From the human T2T-CHM13v2.0 reference genome, Homo sapiens, in assembly GCF_009914755.1 (NCBI RefSeq), contig NC_060926.1: a DNA stretch of 64,000 nt; one strand, given 5' to 3'. Shown piece after piece: positions 50,171 through 64,000 of the stretch. A program made the translations under genes and the position numbers. The stretch's first letter is position 1; each line of letters starts with the position of its first letter. A model generated the notes under the pieces. That model was not told the origin of the DNA. It made no database searches and saw nothing but the letters and a program-made list of their open reading frames with translations.

Positions 50171-50172
<2 letters not shown>

Positions 50173-50210
<38 letters not shown>

Positions 50211-50214
50211 GAGA

Positions 50215-50247
<33 letters not shown>
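50173..50247. repeat. Compound (CA)n(TA)n(GA)n microsatellite
   Basis: Directly visible. Confidence 0.97.
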
Positions 50248-50251
<4 letters not shown>

Positions 50252-51429
50252 GTTTGAATTTACCCATATTAAAAGATCTTTTTTTCTCAGTGACTTTAAT
50301 AACCATAATAATATTGAAGAATAATAATGCTATTATTTTTATGTCAAGGTAACAATACTTGCTATCATATATTTTCCATATCATTTTTGTTTTTGTCTTA
50401 CTAGCTCTAGAAATGAATTTGTGCTTGTCCAGCTATTTCTTCTTTCATGGGTCTTTGTGTTGGGTTTGCATCCTGGTTCTTCCATTGTTGATCTTGCATA
50501 GGAATATTTTTGTAATTCACATTTTTTATTAATATGCTGCTTGCTTTTCTTTCCTACTTCTTTGAGTTGTTTCATAAAATACTTGCAGTGTCTTTTTAAG
50601 CTCTAATAGAATGATATTAAATAGAGTGACAAGCAAACAAATAAAATATAAAAAGGTAGAATATCAAGAAAATACAAATCCGATATGATTGCTAATGTGA
50701 AATTTCAGAATTGATGGGAGCTTCCTGGCAACATCAAGGAAAAAGGCTGAATATAAGCGATTTTGTAATTCTATTCACAAAGAAGCAAACTTTGTCCTGA
50801 ACAGCTTTGCAAACTCTGTAGTTTGTAGTATTCTTTTCACACGCCTTTCTCGTCATTCTTTTTAACAACAGTGATAATGAGCAGTAACCTGGTCATCATG
50901 TGTGCACAGCTCATGTGACGTAGAGTATTCTTAGTATCCTAACACACAATAGAGTACCTAAAGCCAGAACTTTTAAGAGATATACCTGTAAGTTTGGGCA
51001 TTACATCAGATAGTATTTTATTAAGTTTTGAAAGTTCTCAGCTTACTGCACCCTTGTTGTTAGTGGGGGTTGATCATAAATCCACAGGTACATGCATTTT
51101 CTCAATTTGTAAATTTTTTTTTGAATGTATATAATTTTTATTTGTTAACTATATCTCAACAAAGTTGGAAAAAATGAAAGAGAAGTGAAGGAGCAGGAAG
51201 AGCAAGATGGAGAGGGAGAAAATCCAATAAAGAGTCCACAATGTAGGTTGCAGCTGTGAGGATGCCTCTCAGAGCTGAAGGGAAAAAAAAGCACACACAC
51301 ACCAGCTGCCATCCGCCACTGCCTGAGAGCTGTCCCTAGGAGTATTAATTAACTCCCTTGTGTTTCTTCTTAGCTGTGCCTGCCTCTATCTGGGGCTGAA
51401 AAGGGCTTCTGTTTCTTACCAAAAAAAAA

Positions 51430-52550
51430 AAAAAAAAAAAAGAAGAAGAAAGAAAGAAAAAATCCTAAGGCCGAAAAACAGAGAGAGGAACAGAGGGTGA
51501 TTGAGGTGGGGTACAGGCGGCATGCACACAGATTCTTCACCACAGCCATAGTTAAAGTCAGAAGTGGGCCCAGGAGAAGAATGGAGGACATGGAAAGCAT
51601 TTGCATTGGTTCACCTTCACATGGCTTGGATCTACAGAGGCTACCTGATAAACTTTGTCACCTATTCAAAGAGGTGGCCAGCATAATCCCTAACAAACAC
51701 ACAGTAAGTAGTAGGACAAGCAAACATCCCACTGCACAGCTAGTACCAAGGTCAACACTAGACTTTGTCCTCTCCCCCTTCACTCCCCGCTTTCTTCCCT
51801 CAGCCAGACCTTTAGCTGCTCTGGGAGCTTGCCAGATTAGATGACCCTGCCTTTCACCTCTTAGGGTCTGAGTACCTTTGGTGGCTCTGGTTAGTTGCTG
51901 CAGTTGCATGTTGACTATTGTCACTGATGATGGGAGCACCAAGAGGTGATCCCACTGAACACAAGTTCTAGATTATGCCTCCCTGTCCCTGCTCCCTGTA
52001 ACACCATCTCTAGCTACTCATGATGATTGTGGTTATTTCTCCTGGCTACTCACTCCTTTCTTTGAGGGTTGCCCTACCAGCATGAGGATCCCAAAGTGAC
52101 CAGAGTTGTAATTGTATCTTCAGGTTGGTTGATTGCTTACCCTGTCCTTGGAATCTGAGACCTCTGATCCAGCAAAACCTAAAATAGTGGAGCTGGGACT
52201 CGTAAATTCTGCAAGTGGACTACTAAGAGTTTTAATAAAGGACACCAATTGTATTTCCACTCTTTGTTCCCAGACCCATGTTGTTGGCTATTAGAGACCA
52301 GCTATAGGAGACCACATAATGTTATTGAATATTTACTGTGTATAGACTATTTTGGAGAACAGAGCTACCTTTGTAAGTGTATCATCCTGAACTGGTTTTT
52401 TAGCTGAGCCTTTAATAAGTCACTTAATATAGATTATGGTAGAAAAAATGAGTCCCACAGTCACATGCCCTCTGTCACACTTCTACTGCTGAATAAAATG
52501 AGTCCCTGAGTCCGAGATGATGTTATTCAGGATCCCATGTCAGTAAAAGT
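51430..52550 (-). mobile_element. Degenerate ERVL/MaLR internal-type sequence
   Basis: GC-richer block with ERVL-like antisense motifs (gtggctctggttagttgctg, gaggatcccaaagtgaccag, caggatcccatgtcagt). Confidence 0.4.
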
Positions 52551-53929
52551 AGATAAATTTGTAAATATTATAAGTACAATTGCACCATGACAGGCATCAG
52601 CAAAATTTTTTTATATTAAAAAGCTTTTTTTTTTTTTTTTTTTTAGAAATTCAGAGAGCATAGAGAAGGAGGAATGCAAATGATCGGGTTGTGTTTTGAC
52701 AGAAAAGCTGAGTAGTTCACACATTATAGTTACAATTATCTTGGTAAAGTCACTCTCTGTGAGAGAAGGGGTAGAGGGCTACAGTGGAATTTTTAAGGTG
52801 TAGAGAATATAATAACTAATGGACATTTGGATAAATCACAAATGGAGATTACTTAGTGTTGTATAATAACATAGTATTTATATTTATTGCCTTAAGTTAT
52901 ATGGAACTTTCTTTCATTGTAATGGTCAGACAAAATTTATGATTCTGAGTTTAGTGTAGGTAGCATGTCAACATATGGGCTTCAAAGTTAATAAAATAAG
53001 CTAATTCTACCTTCAAATAATGTCATCAAACTATATATTCAATAGAACCTGTCACAAATGATTTTGACTTGTTGGTCACTGTAGTGCTAGGTAAATTTTT
53101 TTCTGTTGAATATTTGGTTTTGAGCATTGCAGCTTATCAGTAAGTATTCTGTACTTGGTTATTTTCTGGAAATGGTAAATAAGTTAGGGTATCACTTATT
53201 AACTAAATAAACCATTCAGTTTGGAAAATACAGAAATACAGAAAATATTTAAAATACAGAAAATCTCACTGTAGATTTGTCTAGTATAGTAAAATTTACT
53301 ACCACATAAGTTTACTGTGGATCTCTATTTGGGGTTATTTAATGTCTTCAAGATTCTGTATGAGGTGGCCCTTTGACATAAGCTTGCAAATCAGATTTTA
53401 ACAAAGGTTTTATATTTTATAATTATTACTAGACATTTTCTCATTGTTTTGTTAATCCCGTGTAGCAAGCAGTTAGTCTTCATGGCCAGATATTTGAAAA
53501 TTTAGTTTTGAGTTCTCTCTTTCATTTATGAATATGATAGCATAATGGTTTTTATAATTTGCTATATCATAATAAAGTTCTAACTGATAAGAGAAAAAGT
53601 ATAACACAACCTCCAAAATTAAAAATCACTTCAGAGGACTTCCAGTACTTGTGTGGAGGGGTGAGCTCCTAACAAACTGATCTTCTCACAAATAACCATT
53701 TGTAAACTCTGCACATAATATAGATAATATCTATCTGAGGGTTGTGGAGATTGAATAAAAGCAGGCAAGCTTTGGAGGGTAGTCAAAATATGGAACAGTC
53801 TGTCTACATGGACTGATATCCCCATTTTTTGCTTTTATAGGAAACTTTCTGGCCAGAAAGTTTCTCTATAATATTGTACAGAGTAATAGTCACACTATTT
53901 AGCATATAATCCAAAAGTACTTATTCTAA

Positions 53930-54850
53930 AAATGGTCAGAAAAAATGTGACTTATTCTCAAGGGAAGAGAAAATCCTCATATACCAACTCTAAGATAACC
54001 CACATGTTGGAAATATCACATGAGGTCTTATTGTAACTAGCGAGGTAGAGAAAAGTTTACTTATAATGAATTAAAAGATAGGAAGTATCAGCCATGAAAT
54101 AAAACAAAATCAGATGGCAATTCTAGAACTGAAAAATATATCAGAATTAAAAATAAGCTGTATGGGCTTATTAGCAGAATTAATATTATAGAGAAGTAAA
54201 TGAACTTGAATATAGATTGACAGAAAATCTGAAGAGAGTTATGAAAGATTGGGGTGAAAAAATAGAACCCTAGAGATGTATGGGGGCAGTTTTGAAAGGT
54301 CTAATAGGCACAGTATAAGAGAAAGAGCCAGAAAAAATATTTGAATAAATGATGATAGAAAACTTCTCAGATTTGATAAAAGGATTATGTTTATAGATTG
54401 AAGAAACTCTGAAAACTCCAACCAAAATAAATGCAAAGAGAACCAAAGTAGGCACATTACAGTCAAAGTGTGGAAAAACAAAGATAAAGAGAAAACCTTG
54501 AAAGCAGGCAGAGGAAAACTAGATACTGATAAGGGAACAATAATTTGAATTTCTGTACACATCTCATCAGAAAGCAGGGAAGCCATAGAGGTGGAACAAA
54601 ATCTTTAAAGTTCTGAAAGAAAGAAAAAAAATCTGTCAACCTAGAATTTTTTATCCAGTGAAAATATTCTTTGAGTCTTTTGAAAGAAAATTTAAAAAAT
54701 TTGTTGTTATTTGACTCTCATTACTGACTGAAGAAGCAAACCTGGATGATTCAGAGTATATAAATGTAATACATATGATAACTAACAGAAAGATTTGGGG
54801 AGAGGCTATAAATGCACCTATGTAGTTGAAAAGTTACGTATTTTGCAATG
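53930..54850 (+). mobile_element. Ancient L1 (L1ME-like) ORF1 region
   Basis: A-rich sense L1 ORF1 motifs (attctagaactgaaaaata, gagaaaaccttgaaagca, tgtcaacctagaattt..tatccagtgaaaatattc). Confidence 0.7.
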
Positions 54851-55059
54851 TGTCTTGATAGAATGATGTTGACTACAATTCAATGGCTAAAACAAAATTA
54901 TCAAAGTCAAAATTGCATGTCTTTTCTTGAATGATAGGTATGTATCCAGTATTTCATTTACCCACAGCATATGCTGTAGACCCCTCTTTCAAATTAAAGA
55001 TAACAAAAGCCCAATTGAATGGAAAAACAAAATAAATCAATGCTAACTAAATACAAATA

Positions 55060-56230
55060 ATTAGCCTTCACTAATTCATCCATTCATTCTTTTATTAAAC
55101 AGTTGGGCACTGTTCTAGATGCTAGGGATATAACAATTAAACAAAACCAACAAAAACCCCATGCCTGTATCTTGGAGAAGTAGGGTGTGCAGTATCATGG
55201 GAGAAGACATAACAAAACAAAAGAAAAATATATAGTGTCTATATGGTGATAAGAGCTGTGAGACACACAAAGCAGGTAAGATGGAAGTTGAGGCTAGTCA
55301 AGTGGATATCCGGTTAAGAGCTTTAAGGGTAAATGCCAGAGCAAGCATGAAGGCCATTAGCAGAAGCTTACTTCACAGATTAAAGAACACTGTGACTATG
55401 TTTTGCTGTGACTGTCACAGAAGGAGCAAGGGGGAGAGTCAAAGATTAATTCAGGGAACAACTATATGCTTTCAGAGGATTGTTATGACTTTATTTTTGC
55501 TCTTGAGTGAGAGGGACAGCCATTGAAAAGTTTTGAGTGTCCTGGCCTGATACCAATTTGAAAAGGATCACACTGGTTACTATGGTAAATAGGGAGAAAA
55601 GGTGGAAATAGGAAGACTAGTTAGGGGGCTGTTGCAGTTATTTAGTGAAAGAGCTCTGGAAAGTATTGAGACTTGATTAGATTTTTGATAAAGCATATCT
55701 AAAATATCTAAGACTCTAAAAGGTCAGCTTTGGGATATACTTTGGGGGTAGTGCCAGTAGGATTTTCTGTCACTGTGAACATGGAGTAAGGGAGCAAGAG
55801 AGGATTGAGAGGAGCAAGTAACCCCATGAATTTTAGCCTGAACAACTGAGCTGATGGAGTTGTCATTTACTGAGATGGGAGGACTATGAAGAAATAAGTT
55901 GTGGCGGAGAAGATCAAATATTAGGTTATGGACATAGGTTACGGGCATAGTTGTTTGAGATGCCTGATAAACATCTAAATGGAAAAATGAAGTAAGTCTG
56001 GAGTTTAGAGGTGACGTCTAGGTTGGAGATAGAAATTTGGCATTGGCAGGATATGGACAGGATTTAAAGGTAAAGGACTGGATTTAGGTACCAATGAAGT
56101 GAGTTCAGAGAAAAAGATAACTGAGAAATGAGTCCTTGGGAAAGCCAGTGTTTGTAGGTTGGGGAGATGCAGAGGAACCAGCAAAGGAGAAAGAGGAGAG
56201 CAAGGGAATAAGGAGAAAAAGCAGGAGAGT
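55060..56230 (-). mobile_element. L2 remnant
   Basis: ttcatccattcattc...gggcactgttctagatgctagggata, aggatcacactggttac, gttgtcatttactgagatggga, tttgagatgcctg...acatctaaatgga. Confidence 0.7.
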
Positions 56231-56464
56231 GTGGTGTTTTAACTTGACCTACTTGAAGTTAAATCTCCTTTCTTCATTGAGGATACTGACTGTCAAATAC
56301 ACACAGGATAATAGATGAGAAAATCCCATAATTATACATAAAGAACAGCCTCAGAATAATAATACCAATAATGCCCAATTGTTATAATTACTGAAAATGT
56401 AGTTAATTTGTTTTTGAATGTGTTCTCTTCATTCTCCCTCTTGCCATTTTTAAAATAGTTGAGG

Positions 56465-56859
56465 CGTTACAAGGTGAATTATGTTCCCCTAAAATTCATT
56501 AAAATTCTCACCCTCAGTAGCCTGAAATGTGACTGTTTTTGGAGGCGGGTCTTTAAAGAGGTAATTAAGATTAAGTGAGGTCATTTTGGTTATTGGGTCC
56601 TAATCCAGTATAACTAGTATCCTTATAAAGAGGAGGAAATTAGGACTCAGACACATGCAAAAGAAAGACCATGTGAAGACACAGGGAAGAAAAGGTAGTT
56701 AGGCTGTCCTCAAACCAAGGAGAGAGTCTTCAGAAGAAAACCCTGCTTACACCCATATGTCAGACTTACAGCCTCCAGAACTATGAGAAAATAAACTTAT
56801 TTTATTTAAGCCATCCAGACTCTGGTACTTTGTCATAGCAGACCCAGCAAGCTAATACA
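56465..56859 (+). mobile_element. MLT1A/B-type MaLR solo LTR
   Basis: gaattatgttcccctaaaattc...gtctttaaagaggtaattaag...cagcctccagaactatgagaaaataaa...gctaataca. Confidence 0.85.
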
Positions 56860-56899
56860 AAGTCTTATCTACATAGTGAGCACAACAGTTATTACATAC

Positions 56900-58600
56900 C
56901 ATTCTCTCTTAACTGTTATTTAATCATAGTCCTATAAGTACCTGTGTGTTTAGGGCTTATATTATTTCCTTATATTGATGTGTTTTGGCTGTGTTTTAGC
57001 TCTTTCTGTAGTAGATTCCTCAGGAAGAGTTCATGGAAACAGTATTTCTTGAGAAATGCATTTTGATACTAGTGTGTAAGGCACTTTATATTTTTTACTT
57101 GAAAGTCATTTTGCCTGGTTATAAAATCCTTGACTTTTTTTTCTTTCTTTGGATGTCTTAAATATGCTACTAATTTTTCCCTAGCATGAGGTATTAGTAT
57201 TGAAAGTCTCTTGACAATGTAATATCTTTTCCATTACAAGACACTCAGTCTTGTTAGATGTTCAAAGGATTTTTTTTTCTTTTTCCTTAAATCTAGTAAT
57301 TTTGGTAGACATGTCTTGGTGTTGGTCATTCTGAGTTAATTTCTCAGGTATGTGGTGTGCACTTTCATATGTAGTTTCCATCTTTTCATATTTTAAGAAA
57401 TTGTTCTTATACTACAACTTTAGAATTTCTTCTCTTTCCTTGCTTTGGTTTTCTTCTCCAGAGACTTGACTATGCATGTTTATTTACTTTGCTTATCTTT
57501 TTCTTAAATCACTTATTTTATTTCATTTTCTCTTAAATCTTTATCTCCTTCTTTCTCTCACATTTTAAAATTTAAAAGTAAAATAAAAACTACAGAAAAG
57601 CTACAAGCACTATGCCAGTCAGTTTTTTTCCTGAACCATGAGAGTAACTACTGACATGATGCTCCATCATTCCTGAATGTTGTGTTCCTACAAACAAGAA
57701 CATTCTTTCACATAATTATTCTATAACATAAAATCAAGAGATTAGCAATGATTTGTTACTACCATTTAATTATCAGACCCCTTTAAAATTTTGCTAATTG
57801 TTGTATAATATATTTTATAGTAAAAAGATCCAGTTTACTGCATTTACATTATAATGCATCAAACAGCTTCTCAGTCTTTCCTTCATTTTCTATATGGATG
57901 CCCTCTTCACCTGAGGCAGGTGTTGGCTTCTTTTCTGATTACCTTCCATCATGGATGCCCTCTTAACCCTTCCTCAGTTCTAGCACAATACACTGAGCTA
58001 GGCTGTTGAGCTGATGCCTTCCCTATATCCTTCTGGAGCCCCCGGTTTCTTTACCTCCTGCTGGGCAGCCCTCTTATTCAGATGCTACCCTCTCTCTAGA
58101 ACTCTTGACAACCCATCCTGGCTTACTCCTTTGGGCAATGTGCTCTCTGCCCTGCTGGTGGTGTGCCTTCCCTTGCCTGGTTGCTTCCCTTTGTGCGTAT
58201 TTTCTCATCTTCCTCAGGCTACAACAACCTGAGCCAGGCAACCCCCTGTGAGGATGCCCTTCTCTGGCTGCCCAGGCTCCAACATGCCAAGCCACACACC
58301 AAATGAATGATTTTCAATCCCCACTCTAGATCCAGCTGCCTTCCATGGTTTGCCCTCTCCTCTCAGGCAGATGCCTTCTCATCCTTTTCAGGCTCTGACT
58401 CTACACAGAGAAGCCCTTAGTGTACCTAATCTTCCTTACCTTGCACATACTCAGAAACTTTATGTCAAGGCATAACCCACTTGCCTCTTCCTTGTTGTTT
58501 CAGGTAGACGCCTTATCACTTTTTTGGAATTCTGACTTCATGAACTGGGCAGCTCTCCTACCTACCCTTCCTATCCGTCTTATGCTCTGACATCCTGCAA
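56900..58600 (-). mobile_element. HAL1-like element remnants (with an inserted L1MC piece at ~57560-57880)
   Basis: ttttgcctggttataaaatccttg...cttaaatatgctact motif, and a repeated ggatgccctc motif at 57890-58600. Confidence 0.45.
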
Positions 58601-60650
58601 CAAATTGCACTATGTTGTTGGCTGTAGGTTTTTTATAGATGCTTTTTTTGGTAGTTAGAATTCCATTCTATTCCTAGTTTGTTCAATGCTTCTTATAAAA
58701 AGTGTTAGATTCTGTGAAACATGTTTAGTGTATCTGTTGAGATAATAATATTAATATGTTAGTCAGTCTAGGTACAGGCTTGTTAGTAGTGTTGATCTTT
58801 TCAAAGAACTGGCTTTTGATTTTATTGTGTTTTCACAGTTGTTTTCTTATTGTCTATTTCATTAAGTTCTTCTATAATTCTTTTTATTTTTTTCTTTCTG
58901 CTTGTTTTATGTTTAGTTTGCTTTTTTGCTTCCAGGGTCATAAAGTGGGAGGTTTAGTTGTTGATTTGAAGTCCTCTTTTTAAATACAAACATTTACACG
59001 TAGAAGTTTCTAAGTGCCTTAACTGCTTATATTTTGGTATTTGTGCCTTTATTCATCTCAAAATACTTTGTAATTTCCCTTTTGATTATTTCTTCTTTGA
59101 CACATCAGTTATTTAGGAATGTGTTTATTTCCACATATTTATGAATTCCTCAAATTCCCTTATATTATTGATTTCTAACATTCCAGTTTGGACAGATAAT
59201 ATACTTTGTATTATATCTGTCTTCATAAATTTATTGAGGTTTGTTTTATGACCTGAGTTTGGTGTATCCAGGAGAATGTTTTGTGTGTACGTATTTTTTG
59301 GAAACAGGGTCTCTCCTTCTGTCACCTAAGCTGGAGTGCAGTGGTGCAGTCCTAGCACACTGGAGACTTAGACTCCTGGGCTCAAGTGATCCTCCTGCCT
59401 CAGCTTCCTGAGTAGCTGGGATTATAGGCACAAGCCACTGTGTCTGACTAATTTTTCAGCTTTTTATAGAGACAGGGTCTTGCAAGCTCAGGCTAGTTTT
59501 GAACTCCTGGCCTCAAGTGATCCTCCTACCTCAGCCTCCCAAAGTGTTGGGATTACAGGCGTAAGCCACTGAGCCCAGCTATGTGTACTTTAGAAGAATG
59601 TGTATTCTGCTGTTTTGGGATGGTGTGTTCTAGAGTTGTCTGTTAGTTCTGTTTGGTTTTTGTTCAAATCTTCAGTTTCTTTCTTGATCTTATGAATGGA
59701 AAGTTGAGTATTGAAGTGCCCAACTATTATTGTTAACTTGTCTATTTCTCCCTTCATTTCTTCAGATGTTTCTTCATGTATTTTGACACTCTGCTGTTAG
59801 GTGCACATATGTTTACAATTGCTATATCCTCCTCATGACTGACCCTTTTATCATTATCCAATGTCTTTTTAATATCTAGTAATATATCTTGGTTTAACAT
59901 CTATTTTGTCTGATATTAGCACAGCCATTCCAGCTTTCTTGTGATTTATTGATATTTTTCCCATTTAATTTACTTTAAATATGTTTTTATCTTTGAATAT
60001 TCTATAAACAGTATGTTATTGAATCTTACTTTATTATCCAGTCTGACAATCTCTGCCTTTTGATTGGATTGGTTATTTCATTCATCTTTAATGTGATTAT
60101 TGATAGGTTTCCATGTGTCATTTTACTTTTTGTTAGCTATGTGTCTCAAGTTCTTTTTATTTCTTTATTTCTTCTTTACTGCTTTCTTTGGATTATGTGC
60201 TTATTTTCTTAAACAGCATTTTCAATTTTTAAATAATTTTTTTCACTTAAAAAAACATTTCCTTAGTGATTGCACTAGGGCTTACCATATACATCTTAAC
60301 TCACTGGAATCAGCCTCAGATTTATACTAATTTTATCCTAGTGAGTTATATAAATGTTACTTCTATATAGCTCTATTTGTTTTCTCCGTTTTTTGTGACA
60401 TTATTGTTATACATATAGTATCTGTATATGTTACAAACCCAACATGACATAATTATCACTTCATATAATTGTGTATTTTAAAGAAGCTGAGAGAAGAAAG
60501 GAGATACAGTATATGTTTGTAGATTTTATTATATTGATCTTCTGATTTATCATTTATGAATCTTTTCATTTGTTTCTGCGGATTCAGTTACCACTTGGAG
60601 TCATTTCCTTAGGTCAGTATAACTTTGCTTCCACCCACCTTCTTTGTTAT
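58600..60650 (-). mobile_element. Old L1M antisense, with nested AluJ
   Basis: Antisense ORF2 endonuclease-region motifs (ccaactattattgt, ctgctgttaggtgcacatatg, ccagtctgacaatctctgcc). Confidence 0.8.
59294..59580 (-). mobile_element. AluJ
   Basis: acagggtctc...ctcctgggctcaagtgatcctcc (AluJ type); tgtgtac on both flanks. Confidence 0.88.
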
Positions 60651-61046
60651 GCTGAAGTGGTCCGTATTGAAAAGCATGCATCATACTCTACTCATTTGAG
60701 TATAATTGGTACAAAATATATTCATACATTCTTTTCTTCTCTTAAAATAATTATAACAGTTTTATTGAAGTGTAATTTACATGTCATACAACTCATTAAT
60801 GTTAAGTGTACAAGTCAATTATTTTTTACAAACTTACAAAGTTGTGCAGACATCACTACAATTTAATTTTAGAACATTTCTATCACCCCAGAAGGATCCT
60901 ACCTGCCTATTTGCAATCACTCCTCATTCTCATCCATGTCCTATTCATACAGTTTTATATAACAATTCTTCCTCTGAAAATCCTTCTGAAAGAAATAATA
61001 CAATAAATATTGATATTTATATAAAGGCTTATACTTTTATGTAAAA

Positions 61047-61352
61047 TTTTTTCTTTTTAAATTTTTTTGAGAGTCAGGGTCTCACTGTGTCACCCAGGGT
61101 GGAGTGCAGTGGTGTGATCAAGGCTCACTGTGGCCTCAAAATCCTGGGCTCAGTGATCCTTCCACTTCACCTCCTGAAGAGCTGGGACTATAGGCATGTG
61201 ACACCGCACTCAGCTAATTTTTAATTTTTTGGTAGAGATGGGGTCTCTCTCTGTGTTGCCCAGGTTGATCTCAAACTCCTGGCCTCAAGTGATCCTCCCA
61301 CCTTGGCCTCTCAAAGTGCTAAGATTACAGGTGTGAGCCATTGCGCATGTCC
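61047..61352 (-). mobile_element. AluJ
   Basis: cagggtctcactgtgtcacccagg...; diverged TSD acttttatgtaaaattt / acctttatatataaattt. Confidence 0.88.
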
Positions 61353-63215
61353 ACCTTTATATATAAATTTAAAGACATAGAAATAACCTAATACTACAAA
61401 TAAGGGAAGATAAGAAAATTATCTTTATTTAATGGATTTCATGTTTATATTTAAATTACATTATACACTTTTTTTAACCTGAAAATGTTAGATTTAATTA
61501 CGTAAACTTGTTTTCCTCCTACAAACCAAAATAGGGTATGGTATGTATCATGGACTCAGAAAAACTAAGACCAATGTATTTCCAAATAAGAATAGGTTTT
61601 ATTAGACACCTTACATTTCCACAAAAGTATTTTAAATCTTTTAAGATAATATATTAAAACTTGTTAATTCCAGTGTAAGCAGTATGAACAAAATGAAAGC
61701 AAGAGTTTTGTTCTAGACAATGGGATGTACAAATGTTTCCGCAGTGGTAAAATGCAGACACGGAAAGCTGATTTAGTGTTTAACAACGTATCTTGTGTGT
61801 TTAATTCAGTCATTGTTTTTTTGAATGCAGATATGCTGAGTTCTTAAGCATTCTAGTGATAACACTACCTTCCTCATTCAAAAAAAAAGTATTATCAATG
61901 AAATACTTCAGACTACAACATACACAGATTTTTAATTATTCATGTTGCTCTTGTCTTGGCACATGCCTAATAATTAATAGTTTGCATCCAGTTTCGTATT
62001 AGTCTCTACACACTAGTCCAGAAGTAAAAACTGACATGTTTGGTCTTCACAGTGTTAAAATGTTTGAATTAAATTTTAAAATATAGTGCTTTTAGATAAA
62101 AATTCGGATTTCATGTTTCTCTTGAAAAATATGGAAGAACTAGCAACAGTGAACAATTGACTTGAGCTGAGGAGTAGGGGCCACTTTTAGAAAGGACAAA
62201 CATTCTCTAGTTTGAGGAAGTCCCCATCTGGCCCAATTCACTTACATGCATATCTGTGTGCCTTCTGTGAGAACTTGAGTTTGGGACATTTGATTTAACC
62301 TTATTATAACATTGAGTGAGAAAATTGGAGCCACATCAGCTAAATGATTTCCTAAGCTTGAAAAAGATAATTAGTGGCAGAGTCAGGATTTTAAGTTGAT
62401 GTCAGCAGCAATACACTGAATATGGACTATAAATCAGAAGACTTAGAATTACATGCTGGCCCCTTCCCTTCTACATCTTAATTTCTTAACATTAAGCTTT
62501 CATAGTTGTAAGTTGAAAGTAATAGTAATATTGATATGTGATTATTGCAAAGGTTAAATATCATTTATCATTATTAGACTCATATCTGCAGAGCAATTTT
62601 AACCATGTCTGACAATACCTTTCTTGTTATAGATGGCATATGTTTAGTTGTCTTTCATAAAAAGTAATAACATGTTTTAACAAACTTCTCTTCTGAGTTT
62701 AGTATGTATATTGTGATATTATTGTTGAGTAGCATTGGTATTTCATAGATTGATTTGCTTTTTAGTGAAGATATGAATATTTTTGCATATTAACTTTTTA
62801 TAGCCTCAAATGGTAGTCATTTTTATAAGTAATTCATGTGTCAGGCACTGCTTATTTACATAAATACTTTTTAAAGTGTTAATAAGAAAAATTAAACTTA
62901 TGCTATGATGTAGTCAAGTAAAATCCTATTATATATAATATCAGGTTTGATATTTTTTTCTAATGAAATGATTTTGCCAGTAATCAAAAACTTTAAATTA
63001 GAAAATGAAGATCTGAGCATCTTTATTGGCATAATAAAACTTAACTCTCATTGAATTGAAGTGACAATAACAAAGTAAGTAACACCACTGAATAGTCCCT
63101 GACACATGAAAGGTACACAAGTACTTTCTTATTGCAAATGTTTCTCTGCTTTAAAACTTTTGAGTTTTAATTGTTGCTTTTAAAAAGAGTGTTTACCTTG
63201 GTTTTATTTTTTCAG

Positions 63216-63413
63216 AGTACCTTCAAGTTTAAATCTGAGAGTGATATTCATTTGGCAGAACATCATAAACAGGTTTTGTATGATGGGAAACTTGCAAGTA
63301 GCATTACCTTTACATATACTGCTAAGGCCACTGATGCTCAACTCTGCCTGGAATCATCACCAAAAGAGAATGCATCAATTTTTGTGCATTCCCAACATGC
63401 TCTAATGCTTCAG
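63216..63413 (+). pseudogene. NBEAP: NBEA-derived exon (exon 9 equivalent), 198 bp
   Basis: ttttcag|[66 protein letters not shown]|gtgggt. Confidence 0.93.
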
Positions 63414-64000
63414 GTGGGTGAATCATGGCTGTGTTTTCATGTTCTTGTCAGAATTTAACAGTATCTTTATTTTATGTATCAAACATTGCTCATCTATAAA
63501 TCTGTGACTTTTTGTTTCTTTTTTGGCTTTTGCAGATCTTTTAAGTGAAACTTTAAAGAATGTCTATCTTTTCTGTAGCAATATGCTCTACCCTGGCCTT
63601 GTCTCCTTAGTAGGAAATCTGTCATATCTATTATCTTATATATTATACAGCCTTTGAAATTAAATCAATTAACTGAATAAGTTAGTTGTTAGATATAAAA
63701 ACATACTTTGCTTTAAGATTGTATTACTAATATTCTGTAACATTAAAATTACTTGTCTTTAAATCCATCAATAGTATTTCTGGTTTTAAAATAACATTTG
63801 ATTTTAACTTCATATTTTTAGTGTAAAAATGTCTCAACCTAAGATTTGAAATTTAAAAGTGATTAGCAAATGTACTCACTTTTTTGTCTTATGTGTGTAT
63901 AAAAATTATAATTGAAGGCTTCAAAAATGTCCAACTATGTTATTTAATTCCCTTATAAAGGTATTTGGACCAAGGAAATAGTGATGAAAATCATTCTATA

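Overview
Primate (human-like) genomic DNA: AT-rich, repeat-dense, with no intact protein-coding gene. It looks like a pericentromeric segmental-duplication mosaic. The right half carries an unprocessed NBEA (neurobeachin) pseudogene fragment with five recognisable exons, a HERV-K LTR5A-like solo LTR just upstream and a processed TOMM40 pseudogene in its first intron. From recall, this arrangement resembles the NBEAP/TOMM40P/DUXAP8-10 paralogous clusters; I cannot identify the paralog. The most striking signal is at ~5.0-10.6 kb: a fossil of an animal iterative type I polyketide synthase (pseudo-KR/ER - KR - ACP, no thioesterase). It is cut into three pieces by two L1 insertions, abuts a 2.3-kb 16/17-bp minisatellite at its 5' end, and is followed by clustered polyadenylation signals. 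All family assignments are by eye and from recalled consensus sequences, not from database searches. Boundaries of old repeats are approximate.
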